DNA of 64,000 nt. Source: Candidatus Woesearchaeota archaeon. Its GTDB lineage: Archaea; Nanobdellota; Nanobdellia; SCGC-AAA011-G17; ARS1403. The stretch is from contig JAGVZI010000020.1 in NCBI GenBank assembly GCA_018302705.1, forward strand, positions 1,081 to 65,080, given 5' to 3'. The notes beneath the pieces are model-generated. The model was not told the origin of the DNA. It made no database searches and saw nothing but the letters and a program-made list of their open reading frames with translations. Shown piece by piece: positions 27,331-38,528 of the stretch; within the stretch, counting starts at the first letter, position 1; each line of letters opens with the position of its first letter. The position numbers and the translations under genes were made by a program.

Positions 27331-30300
27331 AACCACTTCCCCAAACCCATCTGTTTCTCTTTTTCTTGTAAAAACACACTCTCGATCATGTTCTTAGTCA
27401 GCTCAAGTGTTTGCCTTAAGTAAACAGGAAGTTCATATTTATCAACCAAGCTCATGGCAGGCTCAACATATTTGACAATGCTTCCCTCTGCAATTGTAAA
27501 TATTATCCTTCCATGGCATTTGCTGCAAACACCTGCAAGAGGAACCCTTCTAAATTTCAGATTGCAATCAACGCACCTAAACTGCTGCTGGCTAAACTTT
27601 CTTAGATTTCCACGAATATCTCTCATGAAGTGTCTTTCAATTACGAGTCTTGCAACATCGTTTTCGTCAACAGCCCTTATTTTTTCAGCCAGGCTCATTT
27701 GTCCAAATACTTTTTCTTTCATCGTCGGTAATTTCTTGTAGCTGCTGCACAAAACACCCATATTAATATCACTAACCTCATGAGTAAATCCATAATCTTC
27801 ATATTGTTTCTCGGTTCCAAGCCTTTTATTGAGCTGGGGAATTCCTACTTCCCGAGCATCTTTAAATTTTTCAGCAGCCTCGTAAAATTCTAGGGGATAT
27901 CTCCATCCGACATCCATGTCAAACACCATATCATCCACTTCAGCAGGAATTAATCTTGTTGTCAAAACTAATGGAGCATCCTGCCTAGCACCCCTATGCC
28001 CGGGCAGTAATTTTCTGGAGAAATTCAGTAAAGCATCCATCAGCAAAACAACGCAGGCCTCGTCTCCATCGCAGTCTCTTCTCATAATTGAATGCAACAA
28101 TGGATGTGCTAAAAATCCCTGAAGTTTGCTAAACCCGATTATCCTGCAAACAACGCCGGCAGAAGTATGTGGGCTCATTGCCAACACTAAATGCCCGATC
28201 AGCTCTTTCTCATTCTTCAGTCCATAAAACCTCTCCACTCCATAAAATCTCTCTAATAAATTATCTACAAATCTGCTAACTCTAAATAAGACTTCATCAG
28301 CGCCGTCGTCAAAGCTACCATCGCAACTAGGCAAAATAATATCCTGCGGCATAATTTCAACTAGCTGATCTTCTGTTTTTAATTCATTTCCATTAACATC
28401 GTTTTCATACCCTAAAATTCTCAACCACTCAACACCAACCCCGATTTCTCTCGGCTTGAAATGGGTAATGCACATCTCAGTCATATCGTATCTGATTGTC
28501 CCGTCCCTGTTAACATACACATCCTCGGCAGCCCTCAAAATCCCTTTAGCTAGGTTCTCAGGAATATGCTCAGAATTGCTCGTCCCCCTCACACCTTTAA
28601 TCAAATCCGGATAATTTCGTAAATTTAGCCTCTGCAAAACATTTCTAAAATGCTCCTGCACATCTAGCTTCTCACTGCTATAATGTTTCAGCTCGCCATG
28701 TATTTCGCATCTTTCAGGATAATATTTCCTGCATTCATCACAATACCCGACCTTATTAGTTTTGCTCAAGCACTTCTCACATTCCGGATAGATTCTTCTC
28801 TCATTGCATTTCTCACAAAAATAAATGCTAAAATCTGATTTAATATATCCCTTCTCCAGCGCACTCTGCAGGCTTCTCATCTTCCCACCCTGTTCCCCGA
28901 CAGGGAAAAGACAATGCGGATTTCCAACTAATTTCCTTATCTTCCCCTTCTCAGGTCTGCCCATTCTGGCGCCGATATAAAAGCCGCTTTTATCCCTTAG
29001 ACTTACCAAACTTATTCTATTAACAGCATCGAGAACGTTTTCATTATTATCGGGATTCAATGATTTTAGCTTTTCGTCATCATCCAAAAACCCGAGGTTC
29101 GCAGCAAGTCCGATGGCATCGTCCTGCTCAATAAGGATATACTCATTATCGACGACAACATGCGGCAAACCAATCAGCTCCAAAGTTCTCTTGGGGTCCT
29201 CGACTAAATTCTCTTTTTCAAATGGGAGAATTATCTTCTCTATCTTATTATTATCCCTCTTGACGATCATTTTTTTAGAAAGCCAGTCAACTAATTTTGA
29301 AAATTCTTCATAGGTTATATCATTCCAATGATAGGTATATCTTGGATGCAGAGGAACCCCGAGGTTGATAGATAATTTAACAGCAGAATCTCCGCTCAAT
29401 TTCAAGTCCCCTTTAAATAATTTCTTTAGAACTTCCTTATCTATCTCCAACTCATCATTCAATTCAATCAAGCCCTTCCCCTTAACTTTGTTTTCAAATT
29501 CAAGCAGCCACCATTCCTCGCAATACCCTGGCTTAACTAGCTTGTGACCTCGATTAAAAAAATCACCATAATTGATTAAGATGTCTCCTAGGAATAAAAT
29601 CTCCTCCACGTCTTTAGCAAATTTTCTGGCATCCATCTCATTATCAAGGAATAAAACATTTCCATTTTTCAATTTGACAATCGGTCCCTCGATACTGTCG
29701 CAAACACTTAGTGTAGTTGATTTTCCAGGTCGTTCCATTTTCAGCTGCGTTCCATTTGCTATAAAGCCGTCAAGAACACCCATTGTGGCTGGATGCAATG
29801 AAGTGGAACTCAATCCGCTGATTCTGCTCCGGCCATATCTCAATCTTAACCCTCCTTTTCTCATGGGGTGCCCTAGGACAGGCCTTCCAGCAACGATGTC
29901 TTTTAAATAATTATAATCAGGTAAAATCTCGCCGCCGCCGCTTTTCTCTCCTTTGCTTCTGATTTTTTTTTGCAGCTCAACAAAATCCTCCATCCACTTC
30001 CAGTCTTTCATCTCAAAATCCTTATACCAGTTGCTAAACTTTTTCCAAAACTTTCCGCCCTTCTGTGTTAGTCCTTCGCCAATAACCAAACATATCCCGT
30101 TGCTCAAGTAATTGCTCGCAAATCTGTCTAGATCCTTGTAATTGCTAACATCAACTGTCTCGCTGGCATCTCCGCATATCTGCACAGGCAGATGTCTGAT
30201 CATGAACTCGATCTCCTCTTCGCTGGGAAAATATTGTAAGTTAGCAATCCTCTCGTGAAAATCTCTCAGCTCCATAACATATCTTTTAACTTCAATATCA

Positions 30301-30860
30301 TCTGCATCATATTCAGCATACCCCTTCTTCCTTCTTACATAATCAGCCAAAGCAACAAATACGCAAGTGGCTGTAGTTCCTGCGCTTCTTATCGGCCCAG
30401 AAAAAAATAGTGCAAAATACTCCTTTCCATTGTCTCTCCTTTTCTTAAGCTCTAGTCTAACAAACCCCTCGAGGGGAGATGCAACAACGCCAACAGTTAT
30501 ATACGCCAGTCCAACCCTCAATCCAACTTCCATCGCTTCTCTTGTGTCTTTAAATTTGCAAAATTTTTCCATTGCAGTCTCTTCAGCAACCTTAAATGCA
30601 ACCCTCCAGTCCTGCATCCCGAATTCATTCTCTAATTCCTGCAACCTTTCAGTCACTCCAGCATCCTTAATCTGTGGAGCAACAGTCCCTATCAATCCCT
30701 CTACCCTCTCTGCCATGTTCGCTGCCAGGATAATCTCGACATCGTCGCTAGGATCAAGTCCTTTTCCTCTCGCTGTTTTCGCTACATTATATGCCCTGCT
30801 AATCTCTTTCTCCAGAAGTTCAAAATAATTAACTATTTGTCTGCTTGCTTTCATCTCCAA
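27327..30860 (-). CDS. polC: DNA polymerase D large subunit DP2
   Basis: GPIRSAG, LRLRYGRSR, RRDCDGDE, C-terminal Zn finger and QMGLGKWF PIP-like box; no intein seen; start may be 30854. Confidence 0.97.
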   Translation of the reverse strand: MEMKASRQIVNYFELLEKEISRAYNVAKTARGKGLDPSDDVEIILAANMAERVEGLIGTVAPQIKDAGVTERLQELENEFGMQDWRVAFKVAEETAMEKFCKFKDTREAMEVGLRVGLAYITVGVVASPLEGFVRLELKKRRDNGKEYFALFFSGPIRSAGTTATCVFVALADYVRRKKGYAEYDADDIEVKRYVMELRDFHERIANLQYFPSEEEIEFMIRHLPVQICGDASETVDVSNYKDLDRFASNYLSNGICLVIGEGLTQKGGKFWKKFSNWYKDFEMKDWKWMEDFVELQKKIRSKGEKSGGGEILPDYNYLKDIVAGRPVLGHPMRKGGLRLRYGRSRISGLSSTSLHPATMGVLDGFIANGTQLKMERPGKSTTLSVCDSIEGPIVKLKNGNVLFLDNEMDARKFAKDVEEILFLGDILINYGDFFNRGHKLVKPGYCEEWWLLEFENKVKGKGLIELNDELEIDKEVLKKLFKGDLKLSGDSAVKLSINLGVPLHPRYTYHWNDITYEEFSKLVDWLSKKMIVKRDNNKIEKIILPFEKENLVEDPKRTLELIGLPHVVVDNEYILIEQDDAIGLAANLGFLDDDEKLKSLNPDNNENVLDAVNRISLVSLRDKSGFYIGARMGRPEKGKIRKLVGNPHCLFPVGEQGGKMRSLQSALEKGYIKSDFSIYFCEKCNERRIYPECEKCLSKTNKVGYCDECRKYYPERCEIHGELKHYSSEKLDVQEHFRNVLQRLNLRNYPDLIKGVRGTSNSEHIPENLAKGILRAAEDVYVNRDGTIRYDMTEMCITHFKPREIGVGVEWLRILGYENDVNGNELKTEDQLVEIMPQDIILPSCDGSFDDGADEVLFRVSRFVDNLLERFYGVERFYGLKNEKELIGHLVLAMSPHTSAGVVCRIIGFSKLQGFLAHPLLHSIMRRDCDGDEACVVLLMDALLNFSRKLLPGHRGARQDAPLVLTTRLIPAEVDDMVFDMDVGWRYPLEFYEAAEKFKDAREVGIPQLNKRLGTEKQYEDYGFTHEVSDINMGVLCSSYKKLPTMKEKVFGQMSLAEKIRAVDENDVARLVIERHFMRDIRGNLRKFSQQQFRCVDCNLKFRRVPLAGVCSKCHGRIIFTIAEGSIVKYVEPAMSLVDKYELPVYLRQTLELTKNMIESVFLQEKEKQMGLGKWF

Positions 30861-32430
30861 AGTACGTTATCTTGCTTTCCATTGTGTGTAGGTTGATTAT
30901 TATTGCTCTTGAAGGCTCAGGCTCAATCCCTCTTCTCTCCATATAATCTGTCTGGGAAGCCCAGCAGCCGCAATTTAGCATAACAACATTGTTATGATTG
31001 ACAACGCTGCATCTATGCACATGTCCGGAAATAAAAAAGTCGGGCACTTTATTTAGTATTAAATTATCTTTGCTTCCAGCAAGGTAGGAAGTAGAAGTGT
31101 GTGTAGGAGCCAAATGCCTTTTCTTCAATAGGAGTTTCATTATAAGATCTGCTCTAGTAACCCCCCCTTTTAATCTTATGTCGTCGACAGTATCAGCATA
31201 ATAAGTAAAGCTTCCTCCGTGATATATCAAAACATCAAAGCCGGAAAAATCTTTAGTAGCCCCGATATTGACCAGGGCAGGATTGCTCACAGAAAAAACA
31301 TTTTCCCTCTCCAAGAGGTCGCCGAGGAGCCCTTTGTCTAGAGGCGGCTGTGGTTCATCCAGTCTTACAGCATCATGATTCCCGGGGCACAAGATAATCT
31401 TAATTCTCTCGGGAATTCTCTTGAGCAGCTCATCTAATTTTCTGTATTGCTGATAATAATCTTTTATTTTTAGGTCGTTCTCTTGCCCAGGATAAACCCC
31501 GATGCCCTCGATTAAATCCCCGACAAGAAACAGATACTTTATTTTATCCACTATGCCGCCATTGCCGCCGTTTTCCAATTCCCCGACCCCATTCACCCAG
31601 TCTAAGAATCTGTTAAAATCCTCCTCCAAAAAATTCTTACTGCCAACATGCAGATCAGATATAAAGACAGCATATTCCTCAGCAGGGCTTTTCTTTAATT
31701 CTTTACCAACGGGAATGTCGGGGAAAAAAATTTTATTGGCAAAAACAAATCCGTTATCAATATTCCCGCTGATGCCGATAACCTCGTCCAGCACAATCTC
31801 CCTGGCAGCATCTCTCAATTCATTTTTGTTTCTATTAATCAGCACATTAATTTTCCCGCTCAAATCCTCGAGCTCAAGCAACAGGTTATTGTTCTTAGTT
31901 AATCTCTTATCATTAACGATCCCAATTAAAGCAACACTCTCCTTATTTTTATTGACAATCCTGCTAATAGAGGCTGCATCTTTCAGTTCAATCCTATTGC
32001 ATAAAATCTCTTTCAATATCCTGTATCTATTATTAAAAATGGCAACAAAATCCTCGACACCCACCTTCTTGGGTTTTTCATTATATGATTGTAAAACAAC
32101 AACTCCCCCCTCGCTATCCTCCCGTTCTAGAAAATTCTCGGCTTCCTTATTATTGAATTCAGTTCTTTCAAAAAGCACGTCCAAAAAAGCATTGTAATCA
32201 TCGGCTAATCTCTTTTTTTCAAATAACACCCGGGCATCATCAAAGCCTATCCAATTTAACTCCTTTTTCTTATCCTCCTCAATGCACCTCACTAAATCCT
32301 CGTTTATGACGACAACAGCCCCGCTCATATTCTCAACAAGGTTCTCTTTATCAATGAGATTTATCTTATCTAATAACTCGGGACTAATCAAAAACCCGCT
32401 GTCAGTAAAATATTTCAGCTCCTTGTTCAT
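30829..32430 (-). CDS. polB: DNA polymerase D small subunit DP1 (3'-5' exonuclease)
   Basis: SDLHVGS, GDLIEG, PGNHD, YHG, HLAPTH, GHVH. Confidence 0.95.
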   Translation of the reverse strand: MNKELKYFTDSGFLISPELLDKINLIDKENLVENMSGAVVVINEDLVRCIEEDKKKELNWIGFDDARVLFEKKRLADDYNAFLDVLFERTEFNNKEAENFLEREDSEGGVVVLQSYNEKPKKVGVEDFVAIFNNRYRILKEILCNRIELKDAASISRIVNKNKESVALIGIVNDKRLTKNNNLLLELEDLSGKINVLINRNKNELRDAAREIVLDEVIGISGNIDNGFVFANKIFFPDIPVGKELKKSPAEEYAVFISDLHVGSKNFLEEDFNRFLDWVNGVGELENGGNGGIVDKIKYLFLVGDLIEGIGVYPGQENDLKIKDYYQQYRKLDELLKRIPERIKIILCPGNHDAVRLDEPQPPLDKGLLGDLLERENVFSVSNPALVNIGATKDFSGFDVLIYHGGSFTYYADTVDDIRLKGGVTRADLIMKLLLKKRHLAPTHTSTSYLAGSKDNLILNKVPDFFISGHVHRCSVVNHNNVVMLNCGCWASQTDYMERRGIEPEPSRAIIINLHTMESKITYFGDESKQTNS

Positions 32431-32433
32431 CTT

Positions 32434-33642
32434 TCATATTCCCAGGCTGCCCTCTAAGGTTTTCTTGAGCTCGTCGACAGAACTATTTGGTATTGCAAGC
32501 GAAATCTCTCTGGTTCTTCCATATCTTCCCTTGCTGATAACCCTTGCATTAATTATTCCGAACATGTCAAGCTCGGCGATAATATCGCTTACTCTTCTCT
32601 GTGTTAGGGGTTTAAGCCCGCATAATTTGCACTTGTCCTTATACACATCATAAGCATCTCCAGTAAATGCTCTATCTTTCAAATCTAGATTAAATATACT
32701 GTACAAGACTATCTGCCCCTGCTTTGGCTGTGTCTTTACAATATCAACTACCCTGTCTCTTTCAATCTTCTCCTCTGCTTCATCCAAAAATTTTATCGTG
32801 ACTTTCGATTTATTTTTCCTCTCAGCTACCTCTCCAGCAACCCTTATTAATTCTAAAGCCCTTCTCGCATCACCATGCTCCCTTGCAGCATATGCAGCGC
32901 ATTTTTCAATCACTCCCTCTTCTATAACCTCTTTCTTGAAGGCAAGCTGCACCCTTTCTTTTAATATATCTTGCAACTGAACCGCGTTATAAGGCGGGAA
33001 TACCAGCTCTTCCTCGCTCAAGCTGCTCTTAACCCTAGGATCTAAATTATCAGCAAACACAAGATCATTGCTAATGCCTATAAAAGAAATCTCGGCTTTT
33101 TTCAATTCACTATTTATTCTGGTTAAATTATACAAGATTCCATCCCCCATCTTATGCACCAATTGATCAATCTCATCCAATATAAGAACAATCATCTTTT
33201 CATCTTCGTCAATTTTCTCAAGGAATACTTTATAGATTTCATCAGTCGGCAATCCTGTAGCAGGGACCTTGGCGCCAAAACTATTGGCAAGTTGAGCAAG
33301 TAATCTATACTCTGTATCCGCAACCCTTTTCATCTTGCAATTCAAATAAACAATTTGCAAGTTTATATTCTTCTTCCTGGCAGTTTTCATCAGCTGGTCC
33401 GCAACATACTGGCTAACAACTGTCTTGCCGGTTCCAGTCCTTCCATAAAGAAATATGTTGCTTGGCTTCTCCATCCTTAAAGCAGGCGCAAGTATCCCTG
33501 CAATCTGCTGAATCTGCTCATCCCTATGCGGTATAGTATCCGGAGTATAATTTCCTTGTAATGCTTTTTTATTGACAAAAAGTGGGTCTTTCCTCATATA
33601 ATTCTCAAAAAATCCGCTTAATTGCTTAGGTCTGCTTCCCAT
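32434..33642 (-). CDS. cdc6: Orc1/Cdc6 replication initiator
   Basis: GRTGTGKT, LDEID, HGDARRALEL, C-terminal wHTH SKGRYGRT. Confidence 0.96.
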   Translation of the reverse strand: MGSRPKQLSGFFENYMRKDPLFVNKKALQGNYTPDTIPHRDEQIQQIAGILAPALRMEKPSNIFLYGRTGTGKTVVSQYVADQLMKTARKKNINLQIVYLNCKMKRVADTEYRLLAQLANSFGAKVPATGLPTDEIYKVFLEKIDEDEKMIVLILDEIDQLVHKMGDGILYNLTRINSELKKAEISFIGISNDLVFADNLDPRVKSSLSEEELVFPPYNAVQLQDILKERVQLAFKKEVIEEGVIEKCAAYAAREHGDARRALELIRVAGEVAERKNKSKVTIKFLDEAEEKIERDRVVDIVKTQPKQGQIVLYSIFNLDLKDRAFTGDAYDVYKDKCKLCGLKPLTQRRVSDIIAELDMFGIINARVISKGRYGRTREISLAIPNSSVDELKKTLEGSLGI

Positions 33643-33659
33643 AAATTCTGAAAACACAA

Positions 33660-34187
33660 CTTATATTTAAACAATTCTCCAAAAGAAGTCAGACCCACAC
33701 CTTTATTGCACATGCAACCTTCTTTGCGATTATTCTCGAGGTTGGCATATATCATTACTAAGCAGATGAAACCATCTTAGCTAAACAACTCATAAGTTAT
33801 AACACTGTAAAATATATATTAAATAAAATATAATAAAAGATATATATTATCTAAAACGGAAAACCTTAAAAATAAAATAAAAAATAGCGTCGATAAACCA
33901 TTTCTAAAATAAACTATTCTAATATAAATATAATTAAAACATTCTAGCAAAAACACAATTGTTAAATCAAACTAGTCCAAAATCAAATTTCCTCAGGAGG
34001 AACCCCAAAAAACACAAATAATAAGGCTTAAAATCAAGGAATTTTAGCAATAATCTCCATCGGCAATTGGGGTGTAGGGGTAACTATTATTTAACCCCCA
34101 TCTAACAAAAAGACAATAAAATCTAATTTCCATAACAATAATTACAAATAAGAAAAATTTATAAACAATCCTTAATTCTCATCACCA
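33660..34187. other. Candidate replication origin (oriC)
   Basis: Intergenic region upstream of cdc6; very AT-rich core (about 33790-33960) flanked by oppositely oriented ORB-like boxes with G-strings (33693-33718 minus; 34054-34081 plus); overall gene orientation switches here. Confidence 0.6.
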
Positions 34188-34451
34188 ATGCCAGAAGAAG
34201 ATAAAAAATACTCTAAGCAGTTACTAGGGAAAACAGTTGTAAGTAAGACAGGAAAGCGCTTCGGAGAAGTTGGTGATATTATATTTGAAACTCGCACAGG
34301 AGAATTAATCCAGATACTTCTTAAAAATCCAACAACGTACACAAGAGATTTAGAGCTGGAATCCACTAAAAATGGCGAGCTCCTTATTCCATTCTCAGCG
34401 GTCATAGCCATGGGAGATTTTGTTGTTGTGGCAGAAGAAGACATTATTTAA
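34188..34451 (+). CDS. PRC-barrel domain protein
   Basis: LLGKTVVSKTGKRFGEVGDI...LIPFSAVIAMGDFVVV. Confidence 0.88.
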   Translation: MPEEDKKYSKQLLGKTVVSKTGKRFGEVGDIIFETRTGELIQILLKNPTTYTRDLELESTKNGELLIPFSAVIAMGDFVVVAEEDII

Positions 34452-34545
34452 AAAATAAAAATCAATAAATTTTAAAACCTTATTTTCTATAATATTTAAC
34501 GATAGCTTTAAAATATAACTATAAAAATATAAGCTTCTAAAAAAC

Positions 34546-36426
34546 ATGCTAAACTTCAAAACAACAGCAGACCTGCAGATATCTAAAAAAATAGCAGAGC
34601 AGATCATCGGCCAGGATCAAGGTCTGCAATTAATTAAAAAAGCAGCCCAGCACCGTCGTCATGTGCTTTTAATAGGTCACTCAGGGACAGGAAAATCCCT
34701 TTTAGGTCAAGCCTTAGCAGAACTGCTTCCAACAAAAGGAGAATTGCAAGATATTCTCTGCTATCCAAATGAAAAAGACCCGAATAATCCAATAATAAAA
34801 ACATTCCCGGCAGAAGAAGGGGAAAAGACAATAGTCAAATTAAGAAACAGTCTGGAAAACAGCTTATCATCAAGGCGCTTTTATTTGCTAATTTTAGGCT
34901 CAACTTTTTTATTCTTCCTCGGCTATTTTTTATGGTCTGCATTTAAAACATCTCCCTATGGTCCGATAGCAATTGTCCAAGGGCTTTCAACAGTTATTTG
35001 GATTCTCTTCATCGGCTTCTTGTTATTGTCAAGAGCGCCAGGAATGTTAAAAACACTAACAGGTTTAGCAATGGTGCCAAAGCCATTAATAACGCATAAG
35101 AAAGACGACCCAGCGCCATTTATCGAAGCTACGGGTGCACATTCAGGAGCATTACTCGGCGATATACTTCACGACCCCTTGCAGTCTGGGGGTCTAGGCA
35201 CTCCCCCTCATGAAAGAATTGTGCCGGGAATGATCCACAGGGCTAACGGCGGGGTTTTATTTATTGATGAAATCGCAACACTATCCCCAAAATCCCAGCA
35301 AGAATTATTAACTGTTTTGCAAGAAAAAAAATATCCGATAACAGGGCAGTCAGAGCATTCATCTGGAGCAATGACCCGGACCCAGCCGGTCCCGTCTGAT
35401 TTTGTTTTAGTGGCAGCAGGCAATGAAGAAACAATAGCTAAAATGCATCCAGCCCTCCGTTCTAGAATCCGCGGTTATGGTTATGAGATCCATATAAATC
35501 ATCACATGGATGATAACTTAGAAAATCAATTAAAAATTGCGCAATTCATCGCTCAAGAAGTTATCAAAGACGGCAAGATTCCGCATTTTTCAAATGCAGC
35601 AGCAGAGGAGATAATTAATGAAGCAAAGCGCAGGTCAGGCACTTCAGGAAAATTAACGCTGCATTTGCGCGAGCTAGGCGGCTTAGTAAGGGCAGCAGGG
35701 GATTTAGCAAAAGAAGAAGGAAAAGGAATAACAGAAAGAACTCATGTAATCAGGGCAAAATTATTAGCTCGCCCCTTAGAGCAGCAATTGGCAGATAAAT
35801 ACATTGAGGAAAAGAAAAAATATGAAGTAATAATCACTAAAGGAAAGATCATTGGCAGAGTAAATGGGTTGGCAGTGATAGGCACAGAAACCTCGTTATC
35901 AGGAATTGTTCTTCCAATAGAATCAGAAATAACCCCCGGAGGCTCTCGAGGGACAGAGATTGTAGCAACAGGTCAGCTGGGGAAAATCGCAAAAGAGGCA
36001 GTCAAAAATGTTTCTGCAATTATCTTGAAGTATTTTGGCAAGGACTTAAAAGAAAAGCACGATATCTTTGTTCAATTTTTATATACTTACACAGGAGTAG
36101 AAGGGGATTCAGCATCAATAGCAGTAGCAACAGCAATAGTCTCAGCCTTCACAAAAGCCCCAGTAAAGCAAGATTATGCAATGACAGGTTCTTTATCAGT
36201 ACGTGGAGAAGTTCTGGCAGTTGGAGGAGTAACCCAAAAAGCAGAAGCAGCAATCGGAGCAGGCATCACTAATCTAATAATTCCAAAAGCAAATCTTAAT
36301 GATGTTATCTTGTCAGAGGAAAATAGAAAGAAAATAAAAATCATTCCAGTAGAAAGGATTGAAGAGGTTTTAAAAGAAGCATTGGACTGGAAAGGAAAAG
36401 AAAATATCTTGAAGAAATTAAAGTAA
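34546..36426 (+). CDS. lonB: Archaeal Lon protease LonB
   Basis: [10 protein letters not shown] insertion, LFIDEI, EGDSAS catalytic Ser, GGVTQK. Confidence 0.95.
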   Translation: MLNFKTTADLQISKKIAEQIIGQDQGLQLIKKAAQHRRHVLLIGHSGTGKSLLGQALAELLPTKGELQDILCYPNEKDPNNPIIKTFPAEEGEKTIVKLRNSLENSLSSRRFYLLILGSTFLFFLGYFLWSAFKTSPYGPIAIVQGLSTVIWILFIGFLLLSRAPGMLKTLTGLAMVPKPLITHKKDDPAPFIEATGAHSGALLGDILHDPLQSGGLGTPPHERIVPGMIHRANGGVLFIDEIATLSPKSQQELLTVLQEKKYPITGQSEHSSGAMTRTQPVPSDFVLVAAGNEETIAKMHPALRSRIRGYGYEIHINHHMDDNLENQLKIAQFIAQEVIKDGKIPHFSNAAAEEIINEAKRRSGTSGKLTLHLRELGGLVRAAGDLAKEEGKGITERTHVIRAKLLARPLEQQLADKYIEEKKKYEVIITKGKIIGRVNGLAVIGTETSLSGIVLPIESEITPGGSRGTEIVATGQLGKIAKEAVKNVSAIILKYFGKDLKEKHDIFVQFLYTYTGVEGDSASIAVATAIVSAFTKAPVKQDYAMTGSLSVRGEVLAVGGVTQKAEAAIGAGITNLIIPKANLNDVILSEENRKKIKIIPVERIEEVLKEALDWKGKENILKKLK

Positions 36427-36431
36427 GGGTT

Positions 36432-36689
36432 TTATTTTTTGTTCCATATCTCAAATAACTCTCTGCTTATCTTCCACCTCTTTCTAATCCCTCTTGAATT
36501 TTTGCCAATTACTTCATCAACCCATCCAACATTTTTCATCTCAAGCAGCAGCTGTAATGTAAACTCCTTATCTCTCCTCAACTCTCTCGCAATTTCTTTG
36601 GTAAACATCCCTCTTCCAGAGTTTTCATAAAGAATGCTTAAAATATCCTCCTTCAGCAAATTTATTGTATTATTAGATAACCTTACCAT
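36432..36689 (-). CDS. Small winged-HTH protein
   Basis: MFTKEIARELRRDKEFTLQLLLEM. Confidence 0.65.
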   Translation of the reverse strand: MVRLSNNTINLLKEDILSILYENSGRGMFTKEIARELRRDKEFTLQLLLEMKNVGWVDEVIGKNSRGIRKRWKISRELFEIWNKK

Positions 36690-36804
36690 AACCCCTTTAA
36701 AACAGACGTATATTTAAGTTTTGCTAAGTTAGGCGTTTAACCAAAATGTCCGGTTTTAACGGTTTTCAGCAATGTTTAATAATCACCTTTAATTTTCAAG
36801 GGCA

Positions 36805-38469
36805 ATGAAGACGCAAATAATTAATTTATTAAAAAAACATACAAAATTAAAAGAGGTAATTCTAGAAATCCCCCCCTCTCCAGAGCTAGGCGATTATGCA
36901 TTTCCCTGCTTTCAGTTAGCAAAGAAAGAAAAGAAAAACCCAGCAGAAATAGCAGCAAATTTAGCAGCAAAAATTAAACTAATAAAAGGGGTAGAAAAAG
37001 TTCAGCCAACAGGCCCCTACTTAAACTTCTTCCTCGACAAGAGCATTAACTCAGAATTTATTTTATCATCTATTTTAAAGCCAAAAAAGCCCAAGAGAGG
37101 TAAAAATAAAAAGAAAATTGTGATAGAGTCTCCAGGACCAAACACAAACAAACCCTTGCACCTCGGCCATCTAAGAAACATGGTTTTAGGAATCTCAATC
37201 AAAAATCTCCAGGAAGCAGCCGGAAATAAGGCAATTCTCGTTGACATTATCAATGACCGCGGGATTCATATAGCAAAATCAGTACTTGCATACAGCTTGT
37301 ATGGCAATAACAAAAAGCCGGATAAAAAGCCAGACCACTTCATCGGGGATTTCTATGTTTTATTCTCAAAAAAAGCAGCAGAAAATCCAGAGCTGGAAAA
37401 TGAAGCCCATAAGCTGCTGCAGAAATATGAGGCAAAAGACAAAGCAACTCTCTCTTTATTTAAAAGGATGAATGTATGGGCAATCCAAGGCTTTAATCAA
37501 ACCTACAAGAGGGTTGGTATTAAAATTCAGAAAGCATATTTGGAAAGCCAGAATTATGAAAGGGGGAGGGAAATCGTCCTTAATGGCTTGAAGAAAGGGG
37601 TATTTCAAAAAAACAAAGAAGGAAGTATCATAGTAAATCTAGAAGGAGAAGGCCTAGGTGAGAAAGTCCTTCTAAGGGCAGACGGCACCTCAATATACAT
37701 TACTCAGGATATTTACATAGCAATTAAGCGTTATAATGATTTTCACATGGACAAGATGCTTTACATCGTCGGCTCAGAGCAGATCTATCATTTCAAAGTA
37801 CTATTCAAAACACTGGAATTGCTGGGCTATAAGTTCGCAAGAAATTATTTCCACCTGCCTTACGGCATGGTTTATCTTCCCGAAGGAAAGATAAAGTCGA
37901 GGGAGGGGAAAATTGTCGACGCTGATTCTCTTCTTGATCAAATGCACACCCTAGCTGAAAAAGAAATCCGGAAGCGCTATAAAACTCTTTCAAAAAAGGA
38001 AATACAAAAAAGGTCAGAAATAATTGCCCAATCAGCAATAAAATTCTTCCTCTTAAAATATGATCCATTAAAAGATTTCACATTCTTTCCAGAGAAATCA
38101 ATCTCTTTCGAGGGAGACACGGGCCCATATATTCAGTATACATCCGCAAGGGCATCCTCAATACTAAGAAAGGCAAGAACATTCAAGCCAGCATTTAATT
38201 TCACAGAAGAGGTTGAGCAGAAAATAATAAATCACCTCTCGAGATTTCAAGAAACAGTAGGAGAGGCAGCAGGAAAATACTCCCCACATTTAATTGCCCA
38301 TTATTCCCTGGATCTAGCCCATCTATTCAATGAATTTTATCACAAGTATCCTGTCTTGACTGCAGAAAAAGCAATTAAAGAATCAAGGTTAACATTAGTA
38401 AAGGCAACAAATAACATCCTCAAGGCGTCTCTCGAATTGATGGGGATTAAGCCACTAGAAAAGATGTAA
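36805..38469 (+). CDS. argS: Arginine--tRNA ligase
   Basis: PNTNKPLHLGH, KIKSREG, GDTGPYIQY. Confidence 0.96.
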   Translation: MKTQIINLLKKHTKLKEVILEIPPSPELGDYAFPCFQLAKKEKKNPAEIAANLAAKIKLIKGVEKVQPTGPYLNFFLDKSINSEFILSSILKPKKPKRGKNKKKIVIESPGPNTNKPLHLGHLRNMVLGISIKNLQEAAGNKAILVDIINDRGIHIAKSVLAYSLYGNNKKPDKKPDHFIGDFYVLFSKKAAENPELENEAHKLLQKYEAKDKATLSLFKRMNVWAIQGFNQTYKRVGIKIQKAYLESQNYERGREIVLNGLKKGVFQKNKEGSIIVNLEGEGLGEKVLLRADGTSIYITQDIYIAIKRYNDFHMDKMLYIVGSEQIYHFKVLFKTLELLGYKFARNYFHLPYGMVYLPEGKIKSREGKIVDADSLLDQMHTLAEKEIRKRYKTLSKKEIQKRSEIIAQSAIKFFLLKYDPLKDFTFFPEKSISFEGDTGPYIQYTSARASSILRKARTFKPAFNFTEEVEQKIINHLSRFQETVGEAAGKYSPHLIAHYSLDLAHLFNEFYHKYPVLTAEKAIKESRLTLVKATNNILKASLELMGIKPLEKM

Positions 38470-38528
38470 AATTAAATAGAAAATTAAGTTTAGTAAAGCT
38501 TATATAAGTTATCTATCACCTCCAAATC

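Noticed and set aside
27327-36426. Inteins in DP2, Cdc6 or LonB
   Set aside because: Lengths are normal and no intein terminal or LAGLIDADG motifs were seen.
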